Shown here: positions 12,968-26,730 of the stretch, piece by piece
How positions within the stretch are numbered: position 1 is the first letter of the stretch
Layout: every line of letters begins with the position of its first letter
DNA from: Octopus sinensis
Taxonomy: Eukaryota
DNA: 64,000 nucleotides
Assembly: GCF_006345805.1 (NCBI RefSeq)
Contig: NC_043009.1
Span: 48,608,001-48,672,000 of the forward strand
Direction of reading: 5' to 3'
Translations under genes and position numbers: made by a program
Notes under the pieces: generated by a model
Told to the model about the DNA's origin: nothing
The model's database searches: none
Seen by the model: the letters and a program-made list of their open reading frames with translations, nothing else

Positions 12968-13619
12968 ATGAATATACGCAAATACGAAAATATAATAAGG
13001 CATGTAAGAAAATATAAACGTACAAAAATACACGTGTACAAAATTATAATTATATAGTTTATCAACAGTCAAATGTATACTCACGAGCATTCCATACACA
13101 CGTGTACACCCACGCACACAGATTCACAGACACGCGCGCGCACATACACATAGAATATAAACGTGCACCTGCACAAATAGAGACGTGTGGATACGTAAAC
13201 AAATATTTATGAAAGTGTGTTTGCATCTTTTAGCACACAATCACGCAGACACTTATGCACACATAGTGAGACACACCTAAACATATTAATATATACACAG
13301 ACACACACGCACATACACACAAGCACATGCATGTATACACGCGCAATCTCTCACACACGTACATTTGAACATGACGTCGTGTACCCATACATTTGAACAT
13401 GACGTCGTGTACTCCTCTCACTAAAACCACATATATACACACATGCATACTTATACACATATGCGATCATATACTCTTGCATACACACAAACACACACCC
13501 ACGATCACATACATATATAAACACGTGGACTGTACATAGGGGCGCCGCATACATGTACACAGCTAAAATCCTGCCTTGTTCTTTGTGGTACACAAACAAC
13601 CCTTTAAGGATGGATTGCA

Positions 13620-14760
13620 AAATCAACAGCATCGCCACCATCAACACCATCACCACCACCACCCACCACCACCACCACCATCACCACCGCTACAATTACG
13701 ACGACCGCCACTACAACCAATACTGCCACCATTACAACCATCACCATCATCACCACTACAATCACCACCACCACTAACAACACCATCACCACAAGCACCA
13801 CCGCTACCATCACCTTCATCACCACTACAAACACCACCAACAATACCACCACTACAACCATCACCACACCACCACTACAATCACCATCGCCACCACCTCT
13901 GCCAACAACAGCAACAACGATAACAACAATAATACCATTTTTACCACCTACACCGCCATTACAAACACCACCACCACCAGTCTCACCACCGCCATTACAA
14001 ACACCACCACCACCAGTCTCACCACCGCCATTACAAACACCACCGCCATTACAAACACCACCACCCAGTCTCACCACCGCCATTACAAACACCACCACCA
14101 CCGCCATTATCGCTATCAAAACGAACAACAATAAACCCTATATCCTTTCTAATAGTGCTTCTATCGCCATCACCACCACCAACAGCTATGAGACTGCTTC
14201 CACCAACAACAACAACATCATCAGCAATAACAACATCATCATCATCATCAACAACAGCATCAACAATCTCACTATCAGCACGGCTATCATCATCACCACT
14301 ACCAGCAATTGCAACATCAGCAACAACGACATCATCAACAACCACAACATCAACAACCTCACAACCAGCACGGCCATCATCATCATCACCACTACCGCCA
14401 ACAAGAGCAACCACAAGAACAAGAACAATTACAACAGCCTCACCACCACCACCACCACTACCACCACCACAGACACCACGACATTATTTCCACCACCCTC
14501 ATTATATCCCCACCACAACCATTATCCCCACTACCTCTACTATTCCCACCATCACCACCACCACCTGCAAGAACAACAACAACGTCACCACAATTAATTA
14601 TTACCATGTTTACTGAGTAAACCCATCAATACAGACTTTAATATGTTTTGCTTCACCACACACATCTCTCCCTCCTCGAAGCACCACCACCACCACCATC
14701 ATCTTCACCACCACCACAACCATTACCAATAGCAACAACAGCAACACTACATCTTCCGCT
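13620..14760. repeat. (CAC/CAA)-rich low complexity with a 36/18-bp minisatellite at 13951-14110
   Basis: Repeated unit CACCGCCATTACAAACACCACCACCACCAGTCTCAC and its 18-bp half unit. Confidence 0.85.
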
Positions 14761-15649
14761 ACCACATACACTTTCTCTTATACTTCATTAATGGAACCTT
14801 ACTTTTTTATTTTTATTTTTTTCTTCATCTTCACTTTCTCATCATCTTCCGACATCTTCTTCTCATCATCATTATCATCATCTTTCTTGTTGTTAATGTT
14901 GTTGTTGTTAGCTTACATTTGTTTCTGCTACAGGATGAAATGCACCCATAGTTGAGTACCTGTGTATCACGCTATAACTTCATCGGAGCTTCAAAATTGA
15001 AGTGTATTGCATCTTATATTAGAAACAGTTATAAGCTAATAACGTTCATTCATACCCTTATCGTTTTAATATCTCATACATATACATATATGTGTGTGTA
15101 TACGTCAGTGAGGGAGGTGGATGGATGTACGAATGAGGTAAATACATGTAGGTACCTACATGCATATATACATACACATTCACACACACACACACATTGC
15201 TGACGTCATAAGAAATTATAAACTTTCTCGAGTAAGTTAAATATTTAATTTTTGGAACAGCGTGACTCGAAGCATAAAGCTATATATGATGGCATATAAA
15301 TATTCGGTATCATGCCTTGGCAATACAACAGTCGGACGAGCTTGTATAGTGTTCCGTATAATTTCAGGCAATCTCTAATAAATTACACCATCACGACTTC
15401 TATCATCACTATTATCATCAACAATAACAGCTACCATGCGATGGTCATGGTTGGAATATATTTCAATCATAAGTCAACTTTCTCAGTACTGACATGTGGC
15501 TAAAAATTCCCACCACTCTCATCACTACCACAAACAACAACAATAACAACTGCTACAACAACTCACTGTAGATTTTTAGAGGTGATGGCCACGTCTAGAA
15601 TATATCCTAATCATAGATCAGCCTGGGTAATGACTTGAGGTTAAATAAT

Positions 15650-16400
15650 ACTATTATCACCACTACCACCACTACCATCACTACCACCATCACCATCACC
15701 ATCACCACCAGCATCAGCACCACCACTACCACCACCATCTCCACCACCTCCATCATCCAACACAATAATCTCTACTACCTGTACCATCACGAACAAGGAC
15801 AACAATTGCAAATCCTAGAAGATTTATAGACGTGATGGCCACGGCTTGAATATATTCTAATCATGCTCGTACGTGAACTTGTTCAGAACTGTTCTGAGGT
15901 TAAATATCACACCGCAAGTACCACCACCACCACCACCACCAGTACCATAACCATCGCCAACACCAGTATCACAACCACCACCACCAACAACAACAACATC
16001 ACCAGCACCGACACCGCCGTTGCCATTACCAGCACCCGCACCTGCACCAGCAGCAACACCACCACCACCACCACCACCACTACCACCACCACCACCATCA
16101 CCACTACCACCACCCGCACCAGCCCTACCGCTACCACTACCACCACAACCACCGCCTCGACCGACGCCGCCACCTCCATCACCACCTCCACCAATATCAG
16201 TACCACAACCACCGTCAACTCCAGTATCACAACCACCACAGCCATCACTACCACCATAATCACCACCACCACCACCATAATCACCAGCAACAACATCACC
16301 AGCACCAGCACCAGCACCACCGCTACCACCACCACTATCATTAACACCACTACCACTACAATCACCGCCTCCACCACCACCACGTACGTCAATGACCGCC
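15650..16400. repeat. (ACC)n-derived low-complexity tract
   Basis: Directly visible; gives poly-T/P/V ORFs in several frames. Confidence 0.85.
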
Positions 16401-17134
16401 AGTAGTTATGTATGAGTCTATTTAGTTATAATGGTACCGGCTCTAAGTCGAAACTTGTTGATTTAATAATATGCTGAAGCTTTCATTGGACGTCGGACTG
16501 TGGAAATGAAGATATACAAAGGATAATTCGCAACCCCGCCACCACCACCTTCACCACCACCACCACCACCACCACCACCGCCTACACTAACCACAACAGC
16601 ACCGCCAACACCGCCTTCGTCACCAAACTCAAACTCATTTCTTAACGGGCTTCCTACTGATTGATATATGAGGTTAATATAGTTAATATACACTTTGAAC
16701 ATAGAAGACCAAATCTAATATCCGAAATGAACAACAACTACAACAACTACAACAACACTAGCAGGCAGCAGCAGTAACACCAACAACAACAGCAACAACA
16801 ACAATAGTAACAACAACAAAACAACAACAACAACAACGAGACATTATAAACCGTGTATATTAAATAATATTAAAGAAATGATATCGTCTTCGTTTTGGTC
16901 AAGACAAGATTTCCGTTTGAGCTAATTGTAGAATAATTACCCAGCCACGCCGCATATTTAACCGTTAAATGGTAAATAACAATGAGGAACCGACATCGCC
17001 GTCGTCGTTGCCGTGTTCTTCTTCTTCTTCTTTTCTTCTTCTTCTTCTTCTTCTTCTTCTTCTTCTTCTTCTTCTTCTTCTTCTTCTTCTTCTTCTTCTT
17101 CTTCTTCTTCTTCTTCTCCTCGTGTAGTCGGGTG

Positions 17135-17412
17135 GCTTGGTGGTTAGTGGTATTGTTTCAAGAGCATGTGTTCGATACCTGGTGTTGCGTCCATCCGCAA
17201 GACACTATTCTTTTTTATTCCCGTTGCTCCAGTCGACCCAACTGGCAAAAAGTGAGTTGGTACCTGTTGTTCACAGGGCTAGCCTTTTTCACTTCCTGTG
17301 TTACACTGAATCTCCCTGAAAGCTACAGTAAGGGTATGCGTGTCTAGGAAGTGCTCTGCTAGACACGCATACCCTTAATGCGGGGCTGTTCGTCGCAACC
17401 GATGGAGTACCA
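17135..17412 (+). mobile_element. SINE family 4, between (CTT)n tracts
   Basis: tRNA-like head (GTTCGATACC). The 3' part matches the reverse complement of 42856-43020. Confidence 0.65.
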
Positions 17413-20339
17413 GTTCTTCTTCTTCTTCTTCTTCTTCTTCTTCTTCTTCTTCTTCTTCTTCTTTTCGTCTTCTTCTTCTTCTTTTTCTTCTCTCCTCCTC
17501 CTCCTCCTCCTCCTCCTCCTTCTTCTTCTTCTTCGTCTTCTCCTCCTTCTCCTCCTTCATCTTCTTCTTCTTCTTCTTCTTCTTCTTCTTCTTCTTCTCC
17601 TCCTCCTACTCCCTCGTCTTCTTCTTCTTCTTCTTCCTCTCTATTTCCTACTTCATCACATACAAAGCCGATTCGCTTATGGTGGTGGGCAAGAATCTCT
17701 TACAGATATATTTAGTTTTATCATTTAACGTTCAGTGTTCGAATCCCACCAAATGTATTCTCGTCCCCTTTCATTCTTCGCAAATCGATAAAATAAAGCA
17801 AGCCCCTTAAACACTACCATACCTAGTCAAAATACAGTCAGCTTCTATGCACCTGTCCACAAAAAGTACACCGAATGACGTCAGAGATCCAACAAATCGT
17901 AGTGTAACATAAATTTAATTATTAAAAAATATTTTGTTTCTTTCTTTTTGAAGATGAAGATAAAAGATGAAAAATCGATAATCTTATTAGCAATAATTCA
18001 TCTCAGACATTTATTTCTTTCATCAAAAATAATGATATAATTTTGTCTATTTATCATATTATATAGTGGCTCAGCGAGTGTTGATGTGCAAACTATTATG
18101 GCAGCATAGAGCTAAACTTGAAGGTCGTTGGTCTGTATCTTGTCATCATCGCTTAAATATAAAATAAGTTAAGAAACGGCTCTTGGGGTAAGAAATTACC
18201 TCGTTTGCAATTATATAGATTTTAAGATCAATACCCCTGAGCAGCGTCAGTGTATCTTCAGGTACAGCTTCAGTTCGGTCAAAGACTTGTGAATGAATTA
18301 AAGTAGGTAGAAACTGTGAAACACAACTGGAATAATTTTTCAGTTACTGAGTAAGGGAATTATCTGTCGTCCATTTTAACACCATTATCGGGGCTCGGCT
18401 ACCTTTTTTTAAATTTCATTCTATTACAAACAATCATTCTAGATCTTGAGTTCGGTAGTATTTTGTTCTCTTACTTCCATGAGTCTTGAACTAACTAAAA
18501 ATGATCTTCAGTATTACCATTCTTCTTTTGGCTGCGTCAAATTAAGAATAGCGGTACACAGCACTTGGGAATATGTAACGGAAGGTAGTATCATTCTCAA
18601 GTAATCATAAGCAGCACAGGAACAAATATTGTCACCGGTTTCCTTAGATTTGATGAACGTGGTCAATTCCTACTAAAAATCTAAACTATATTTCAGTAGC
18701 TTTATTCCATGACTATATCAGTCATATCAAACATCCTTATTGTTGGATCAATATCCTGGTTCTAATTATGTGCTATATGTTACAGGTGGTGTGCTACTGG
18801 GTATCCCATGAAAATCTTTCTAAGCATTGACGTCTACCGCTAGGAAGATGTTTCTCCTGGCTAAGAGACTCAGAGAGCATTAGACATCTACAACACAATA
18901 GGGTACCAGATCAATATAGATTGACGGCAACTGGTATATTATCTTTCGGTACTACACACTGGGTCCTTAGACAAGACATATTTTCATGGCCCAGCTTGCC
19001 AAACTGTAAATACACAACTACTGTATGCAACGAAAGTAACATAAACTTGCATATATAATTTAGTTCGGTGTCTCTTGTAAGTACTACAATGGTTCCGTGT
19101 ACATGTGTGCTTACTTGAATTCTGTTTCAAATAGTAAAAGATCTTTCCCGGAAACTTTTTAATGCTCCAGAAAGATATATGATTCCTCCTCCTCCTCCTT
19201 CTCTCTCTCTCTCCCTCTCTCTCACACTCTCTCTCTCCCGCTGCTTCATTTTTATTTCATCCCCACTGACCTTCCTGCTCTTTTTCTCTTTTTCTCTCAT
19301 TCTTTCCCCTCTCGCAGTCACCCACCACCACTCCTCCTCGCCCTCTCTCTCACCAGTTTTCTCTCTTCCCTTTCTCTGTTCATCTCCTCAGCGGTGCCAG
19401 TTTTTTTATAAATGGGGCAGAACATCTACTGAAGGTAAATTTAAATCTAGAGTCTTTCCACAACAGACATAGTTCGACTCTCGGTGAAGGCAAGCGTCAG
19501 TAAAATTCGTCCCGAAAGAAAAATTAAAGGGGCCACAAACTTAATGCTTTGTCCGCTGACAAATGAACTAGAAGAGAACCGATCGACTTACAGACAATCA
19601 ACAGCTGTCTGTCTGTTCTGATGTTGATGAAAACTATCCAAATTAATTGTCAGGACGTGGGTGTGTTTATGGCTACGGCACCGAAATTAAAATGTACTTA
19701 TTTTTGGTGATTTCCACCATCACCACCACCGCGACTGTAAATGAATGTAAGAATCCATTAAATGTCTGTACGACTGCGAAAGACCTTTTTGATCAGAGAA
19801 AGGTGATTCATCGCATATTTGTTATACGTGGTCAGACGAACAACAATGAGTTTAAGCATGATGTTCTGAGGTAATATGTCGGGTGGGTTCCCAAGGTAAT
19901 ATGTAGGGTGAGATCTCAAGCACGAGCATTCAAAACCTGAATTCTGCAGCACGACACCACACTTCTCCCTCATCACACCTTAACTGCGACCTTATGTCAA
20001 AGCATGACGCAGATTTTGCCCCCTTGCCAACACACTGTACATATATTTAGGACCTCGTTTTGAAAAATCGCTATTTTCAAATAATAGAAGAATTCGAACG
20101 ATATTCTCTATGATAACCATGCACTTATTACTGACAAACCTGTTCGAGGACGCATTCCTGATGGAAATAAATAAATAAAAATAATGTCGGATCGACGAAT
20201 TAACAGTGTGGGTGATATTTTGAAGACGACAAACGTAATAAAATATCTATATAGGCATTCTTATATATTTATCTGTGGATGAGTGTATATGTGTGTATGA
20301 AACGCTATTATGTTTCTGCTCGCATGTAGTATTGTGCTT

Positions 20340-20450
20340 GTGTTCAGTCCCGCTGCGTGGCACCTTGGCAAGTGTCTTCTACTAAAGCCTCGGGGCCGGC
20401 CAAATCTGTGTGAATGGATTTGGTAGACAGAGTCTGAAAGAAGCCCATCG

Positions 20451-20523
<73 letters not shown>

Positions 20524-20742
20524 GCGTGCGTGCGTGCGTATGTGTGTGTGTATCTTTGTGTTTGTGTTTGGTCCCCTCCACGATCGCTTCACAAGCGATG
20601 TTGAGGTGTTTACGACCCGATAACTTAACGGTTCGATAAAATTAGTATTAGGTTTACAAAGTCCTGGAGTGGATTTCTTTGACTAAAATCCCTTTAAGGC
20701 GTTGCTCCAAGCATGGTCGGAGTCAGATGACTGAAACAAGTA
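20340..20742 (+). mobile_element. SINE family 2 (tRNA head, CORE-like CTTGGGCAAGT, internal TA/TG microsatellite), 5'-clipped
   Basis: Homologous to 35332-35758. Confidence 0.85.
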
Positions 20743-21466
20743 ATATATATATATATATATATATATAATACACATGTATATAATATTTATATATACTCAC
20801 ATGAATATATTCATGTTGCACACGCATATATATTATATATATATATATATAATGTATATAAGATATTATATATACATATATATATATATATATTTGTGTG
20901 TATGGATATATATATATATATACATATCTATATATATATGTATGTGTATAAGTACACGTACCCAAGTACACTCACACACACATATTTAAGTATCAACATT
21001 TCTGTAATATTTAAATCAGTTAATCAAATAATTGTTTTCGATATTTGGTTTCACTTTCCAGTTCCAGTTACTTAACAACTCTCTCTCTCTCTCTCTCTCT
21101 CTCTCGAATATGTTACCGATAGCGAACTGTTGATATACACACCAACTAGTACCTACCACAGTCTGGCATCTCTTGGCTGTTACCGATACTAATCTCCTGT
21201 TATATACACCAACCGTTACTCAAAACTGTATAAATGCCTAACTAAACAACTATCTCCACCTTCAGGTCTGATTTCAGCTGACCCATATTGATTGATTATT
21301 ATTGATCTAAAGAGTGTTGATTAATTACATCGAACATGAGATTGAAACTATTTGATCCGTAACTCATTATCTTCCGATATTGCTCTAATTTAACAATACC
21401 TTGTACTAGATTTGCAACTCTTCACATAAAAAGGTTTTGCTGTAGCTTTATATATAAATATATATA

Positions 21467-22044
21467 TTCCTTTCTACTCTAGGCGCAAGGCAAGAAATAT
21501 TTGGGGAGGTGGTTAGTCGATTAGATCGCCCCCCAGTACGCATCTGGTACTTAATTTATCGATCTCGAAAGGATGGAAAGCAAAGTCGACCTCGGCGGAA
21601 TTTAAACTCAGAACGTACAGACTGACGATATACCTATTTCATTACTGCCCACGATGGGCTACACACACAGGAAACAAACAAGGACAGACATAGGTATTAA
21701 GTCGATTACATCGACCCCAGAGCGTAAATGGTACTTAACTTATCGACCCCAAAAGGATGAAAGGCAAAGTCGACCTCGACGGAATTTGAACTCAGAGCGT
21801 AGCGGCAGACGATATACCTATTTCTTTACTACCCACAAGGGGCTAAACACAGAGGGGGCAAACAAGGACAGACAAACGGATTAAGTCGATTATATCGAGC
21901 CCAGTGCGTAACTGGTACTTATTTAATCGACCCCGAAAGGATGAAAAGCAAAGTCGACCTCGGCGGAATTTGAACTCAGAACGTAGCGGCAGACGAAATA
22001 CGGCTAAGCATTTCGCCCGGGGTGCTAACGATTCTGCCAGCTCG
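21467..22044 (-). mobile_element. SINE family 1 head-to-tail trimer
   Basis: One head (22002-22044), two 184-bp tail-B units (21818-22001, 21634-21817) and a terminal tail-A unit. Both internal junctions read GACGATATAC|CTATTTC. Confidence 0.92.
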
Positions 22045-23034
22045 GTGCTTCTTATATAAGCGGACTAAATTAAGACGTAGACGAAAAAAATCGACATAGT
22101 AGAACTGACTGGAAAATGGAGTAGAAATAACGAGTATATTTATATTATGTAAACTCATAGGTTCTTTTCTACCATTACGCGAAATAATCTTAATAAGAAT
22201 GTTACAATACATAAATTTAAGTAGTAATCATAATGTTTTAGATACTAAATGTTTTTAACAACGAATAAGGCAGGCAGCATAAATTTTATGCATAATATAA
22301 ACTTCCTATTTTATATTCTAATGAGAGGATGGTTTTGGTTCTGCTTTGCTTGGGACTCATGAGGTGACAACTTTAAAATGGTTCGCGAAATATTATGCAC
22401 AGATCTGGATGTGTGTGATTACTTAAATTTAATTTTGAGAAATAACTTTCGCATTGGTAAGTGATAAGAAACCGCGATGCAATTTTCAATGCATGTATTC
22501 CCAGAGGTATATATATTTTTCAACTTCTAAATATGGCTCGTATAATTCCAAAATAAATAACCTATTAAAATTTCATAACAAAGCGTCATTATCCTATTAT
22601 AAATAAATTAAATCAACTTGCAAAGAATCAGGCGCATCCATTTGACATGAGATCAAAGAAGCTTTATCTGGCATCACATCATAAGAACCTTCATTTGGCG
22701 TCACATCAAAAGAAGCTTCATGTAGCAGCTAGATGCTAGCATCACATCAAAACGAGTTGCACATTTGTATAATTCGATCTCGTGATTTCGCAAATCACGA
22801 AACCTATTTTGAAATCGAACCGAAATATTGAACAGTCGATAATATACTCCGCTATTAATTCTCGCTTTATGGTTTTCCTTTTGATTTCGAAAATGTAACA
22901 TGTAACGTATTTTTTTTCTTTCAGTTGTGTAACGGGACTGTTGCAGGAATGGTTCAACGTTTTGACATAAGCTGAATAAACCATTGTCAACTCAGACATT
23001 CGGTCACTTAAGAGACAAGATACATTGAACAAAT

Positions 23035-23416
23035 ATTCTTTTATTCTTTTATTTGACTCAGTCATATGGTTGCGGCCATGCTGGAGCACTGCCCCTAGTC
23101 GAGCAAATCGACCCCACCAAGACCTATTCTTTCTAAGTCCAGTACCCACTCCATCGGTCTCTCTTGCCAAACCGCCAAGTGACGGGGACGCAAACACACC
23201 AGCATTGATGCTAGGGGGACAAACACAGACACAAACACACACACACACACACATATAGGACGGTCTTCTATCAGTTTCCATCTACCAAATCGACCCATAA
23301 GGCCCTGGTCGGCCCGAGGCTACAGTAGAAGACACTTGCCCAAGGTGTCATGCAGTGGCACCGAACCCGGAACCATGTGGTTGGCAAGCAAGCCACTTAC
23401 CACACAACCACTCCTG
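23035..23416 (-). mobile_element. SINE family 2
   Basis: Reverse complement of the family-2 sequence. Confidence 0.88.
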
Positions 23417-23906
23417 CTAAATAACAAAACATTACGAACCTCTAATACTAAAATATGAATTGCTTTAATATCTACGATAAGTTTCATTTGATCTTGCAGC
23501 ACATGGAAACCGCTGGTCATGCACTTAATACTCAACTAGCGAATCTCACATTCGTAAGATATATCAGTATATTGTGTTTCGAACTCCTTCAAAGTTCCTT
23601 AAAATGTTATGCTGTTAAATCCATTTCTTTTTTATTATTAAGAAGTGTGTATATATTCCCGCTGTGAAGGTTTTCAAAACCTTGTAGACATTTCTCCATG
23701 TCAACCTTGTTTGAAAGAGCATTTCTCCCCACAAACGAAAAGGCAGCTGTAACAGGTAACCAGTTTGAGTGGAACTGGTAAACCGGAGATAATTTTGAAA
23801 ACGATTTTACCAAGCTTAGAAGGGTTCCCTTCCATACTCCTCCCCTGTATTTCCTATTCTCAATTTTTCTTTCTCTCACTTCGACTCACCCATTCCTCCT
23901 CCTCCT

Positions 23907-23941
<35 letters not shown>

Positions 23942-24502
23942 TCTGCTTCATTTTTATTTCATCCCCACTGACCTTCCCGCTCTTTTTCGCTCATCCTTTC
24001 CTCTCTCGTAATCTCCCACCACCACTCTTAAGGCCACTCCTCCTCGCCTTCTCCCTCACCAGTTTTCCCTCTTCCCTTTCTCAGTTCATCTCCTCAGAGA
24101 TATATACACGAAACATCTGAATCAGTGGAAGTGTGTTTACACATGACATACTGCTACTGCTGTTGTTGCTGCTGATGCTGTTGTTACTGCAGCAGCTTCC
24201 GTTGCTGTTGCATGACATGATGTAGTGTCCTAAGGGTGTAATTTCGATAGTCAACCAGCAATATTTAGCTAACAACATTGTCCCCTCCGCCACCAAGACC
24301 TTTTATTTTACCATGCATAAATGGAACTTAAATGGAACTTATACTGAAATGATGTGCTTCATGGTCAGAGATCGACCGACCGACCTACCCACCTACGTAC
24401 CCACCTACCTACCTACTTACCGATTTATACACATACACGCATACATACATACACACATAGGTATATTCAACCATACATCCATTCATAGTTGCATATATAT
24501 AT

Positions 24503-24534
<32 letters not shown>

Positions 24535-24599
24535 AATACACACGCATACACACACACACACACACAGACGCCATGATAGATCGTTAGCTCCTACATGCA

Positions 24600-24759
24600 T
24601 TTTTCTCCCCTTGTTTTTTTCTGTGTATCTTTCTGTCGAAGAGCGTAGGCTCGAAACCTAAAAGACTTTTTCTATTTCTACTCCTGAGCGCTATACTAAT
24701 ACATTTGTTTGTTTGTACTCCACCTGCCTTCGTCTTTTGTTTATTTTCATAAACTTTCC

Positions 24760-24760
<1 letters not shown>
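24600..24760 (+). mobile_element. Short hammerhead-bearing repeat (Penelope pLTR-like)
   Basis: TCTTT-CTGTCGA-A-GAGC-GTAG-GCTC-GAAA-CCT-A-AAAGA at 24628-24665. Three copies in the window. Confidence 0.65.
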
Positions 24761-24798
<38 letters not shown>

Positions 24799-24799
24799 G

Positions 24800-24842
<43 letters not shown>

Positions 24843-24910
24843 AGTTGTGTGTTCGTGAGCGTGTTATATACTGACATACTTATATCCAAGAATTTCAGAG
24901 CAGTACTCAC

Positions 24911-25169
24911 CAATGCACGTACGTGTGTTGGTATAAGAAATTGTGATTCTCTCCATAGCAACTCAGTCTTTGGTAGCATGCAACTATTGTGTCGACAACA
25001 TTGCATTTTTGTCACTTGAATGATCATATTCAACGGGAATGCTACGTAGTGAGGAAGTGAGAAAATCACACAAACTTTTCTTGACTGATCATACAGCGAT
25101 GGGGTTTTGTACTGCGCACTGAGGAGATCCATTAATATCGAAACTTGTTCGTTAGTGTCAGTGTCCTCG
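24911..25169 (-). CDS. Candidate internal coding exon of an unidentified host gene (259 nt)
   Basis: Acceptor CTAATCTCTTTCAG| and donor TTG|GTGAGT. Exactly one open frame: EDTDTNEQVSILMDLLSAQYKTPSLYDQSRKVCVIFSLPHYVAFPLNMIIQVTKMQCCRHNSCMLPKTELLWRESQFLIPTHVRAL. The sequence is non-repetitive; protein family not recognised. Confidence 0.62.
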
Positions 25170-26521
25170 CTGAAAGAGATTAGATTTTCTCTTTAGTATG
25201 TAAATTAGTTTATTTTAAAATCAATTCTTAATTTCTTGAAATTAATTCGTCATTTATTTGTTTCTAACAAATGCTTCCAGATTTTTTGTTTTCTTTCTCC
25301 CATTAATGGGAAATTTTAATTCATCAAAATGATTTTTTGCATACGTCAGTCACTACACCAACACCTACTTGATTTATGTATGTACGTACATACATAAACA
25401 TGCACACACACACACACATATATATATATTATATATACATATATAATTATTTATATGGATGCATATATATATAAATATATATATATATATAATATAATAT
25501 ATTATATATATATATGTGTGTGTATTTACATATATGAATATATATATATGTACGTCAGTATCTCTCTCTCTCTCTCTCTCTTCTTTCTCGTTCTCTTCCT
25601 CCCGTTCTCTCTTCCCCCCTCTCTCTCTCTCTTCATATATATATATGCGTTTAAAGATATATATATATATATGTGTGAATGAGTTTTATGTAGAAACAGA
25701 GAAAGAAAAACGAGACACGAATGAGATAAAGACAGAATGATTGTTTGATTGACTGATTTATCGATCGATCGAATCGATCGATTGATTAATTGAATGACTC
25801 AGAGGTAATTGGGTAATTTATTTGATTGACGAAGATCTCACATTACAAAAATTAAACTTTACAATAATGGATTCTCCCTACCCCGCCCGCCACCCCACTT
25901 TCTCTCTCCCACTTTCTCTCTCTGTCTCCAGACAGAAGCCTGTATATTTTACTGCGATGTTGAATTCATTAAAGACACAAGAGAAAACAGTTAAAGGTAA
26001 AAGTTAGACAAACTGTTTGTGCAGAGGTACTGGAGTATTGAAATTAGCCAGACAATCAAAATGGTAATGATCTTAGCCGAAAATGTCTTCGAATAATATT
26101 CGGATATAATAGAAATAATTGAAAGGACAGACAGAAGTAAAAATAAAACTAAAATACGTTATTGATTCCTCTCAAATAAAAGGAAGCTTGGTGATAAAGA
26201 CGAAAAAATGTAAAATAAAATGAGACTAAACATAAATGATGAGATTGGTTGCCTAGTTTCGTTAATACACCAACGTCCTCCATTCTTTGCTGCTCTTCTG
26301 ACTGTAATGTATGTATGTATGTATGTATGTATGTATGTATGTATGTATGTATGTATGTATGTATGTATGTATGTATAGATGTATTATATGTATGTAGGCA
26401 TGTATGTATGTATGTATGTATGTATGCACGTATGTATGTATGCATGTATGTATTATATGTATGTATTTAATATATTTTTTGTGTATGTACGTATGTATGT
26501 ACATATATATGTATGTATATG

Positions 26522-26577
<56 letters not shown>

Positions 26578-26696
26578 ATGTATGTATGTTAGATAGAGAG
26601 ACAGATAGATACGTACATATATTAACGTATACAAAAATATATGTACACTTATACTGACATGTATGTACATATATTACATATCTATATATGCACACA

Positions 26697-26730
<34 letters not shown>

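Noticed and set aside
13553-16405. Extensin/mucin-like Pro/Thr/His-rich ORFs
   Set aside because: Open in several frames and on both strands because CAC/ACC repeats lack stops. No splice or domain evidence.
18400-20050. Complex-looking unique sequence as gene or TE
   Set aside because: No sustained ORF, motif or terminal structure recognised.
21634-22001. Repeat array as a CRISPR or satellite
   Set aside because: No unique spacers; the units are SINE bodies also found as monomers.
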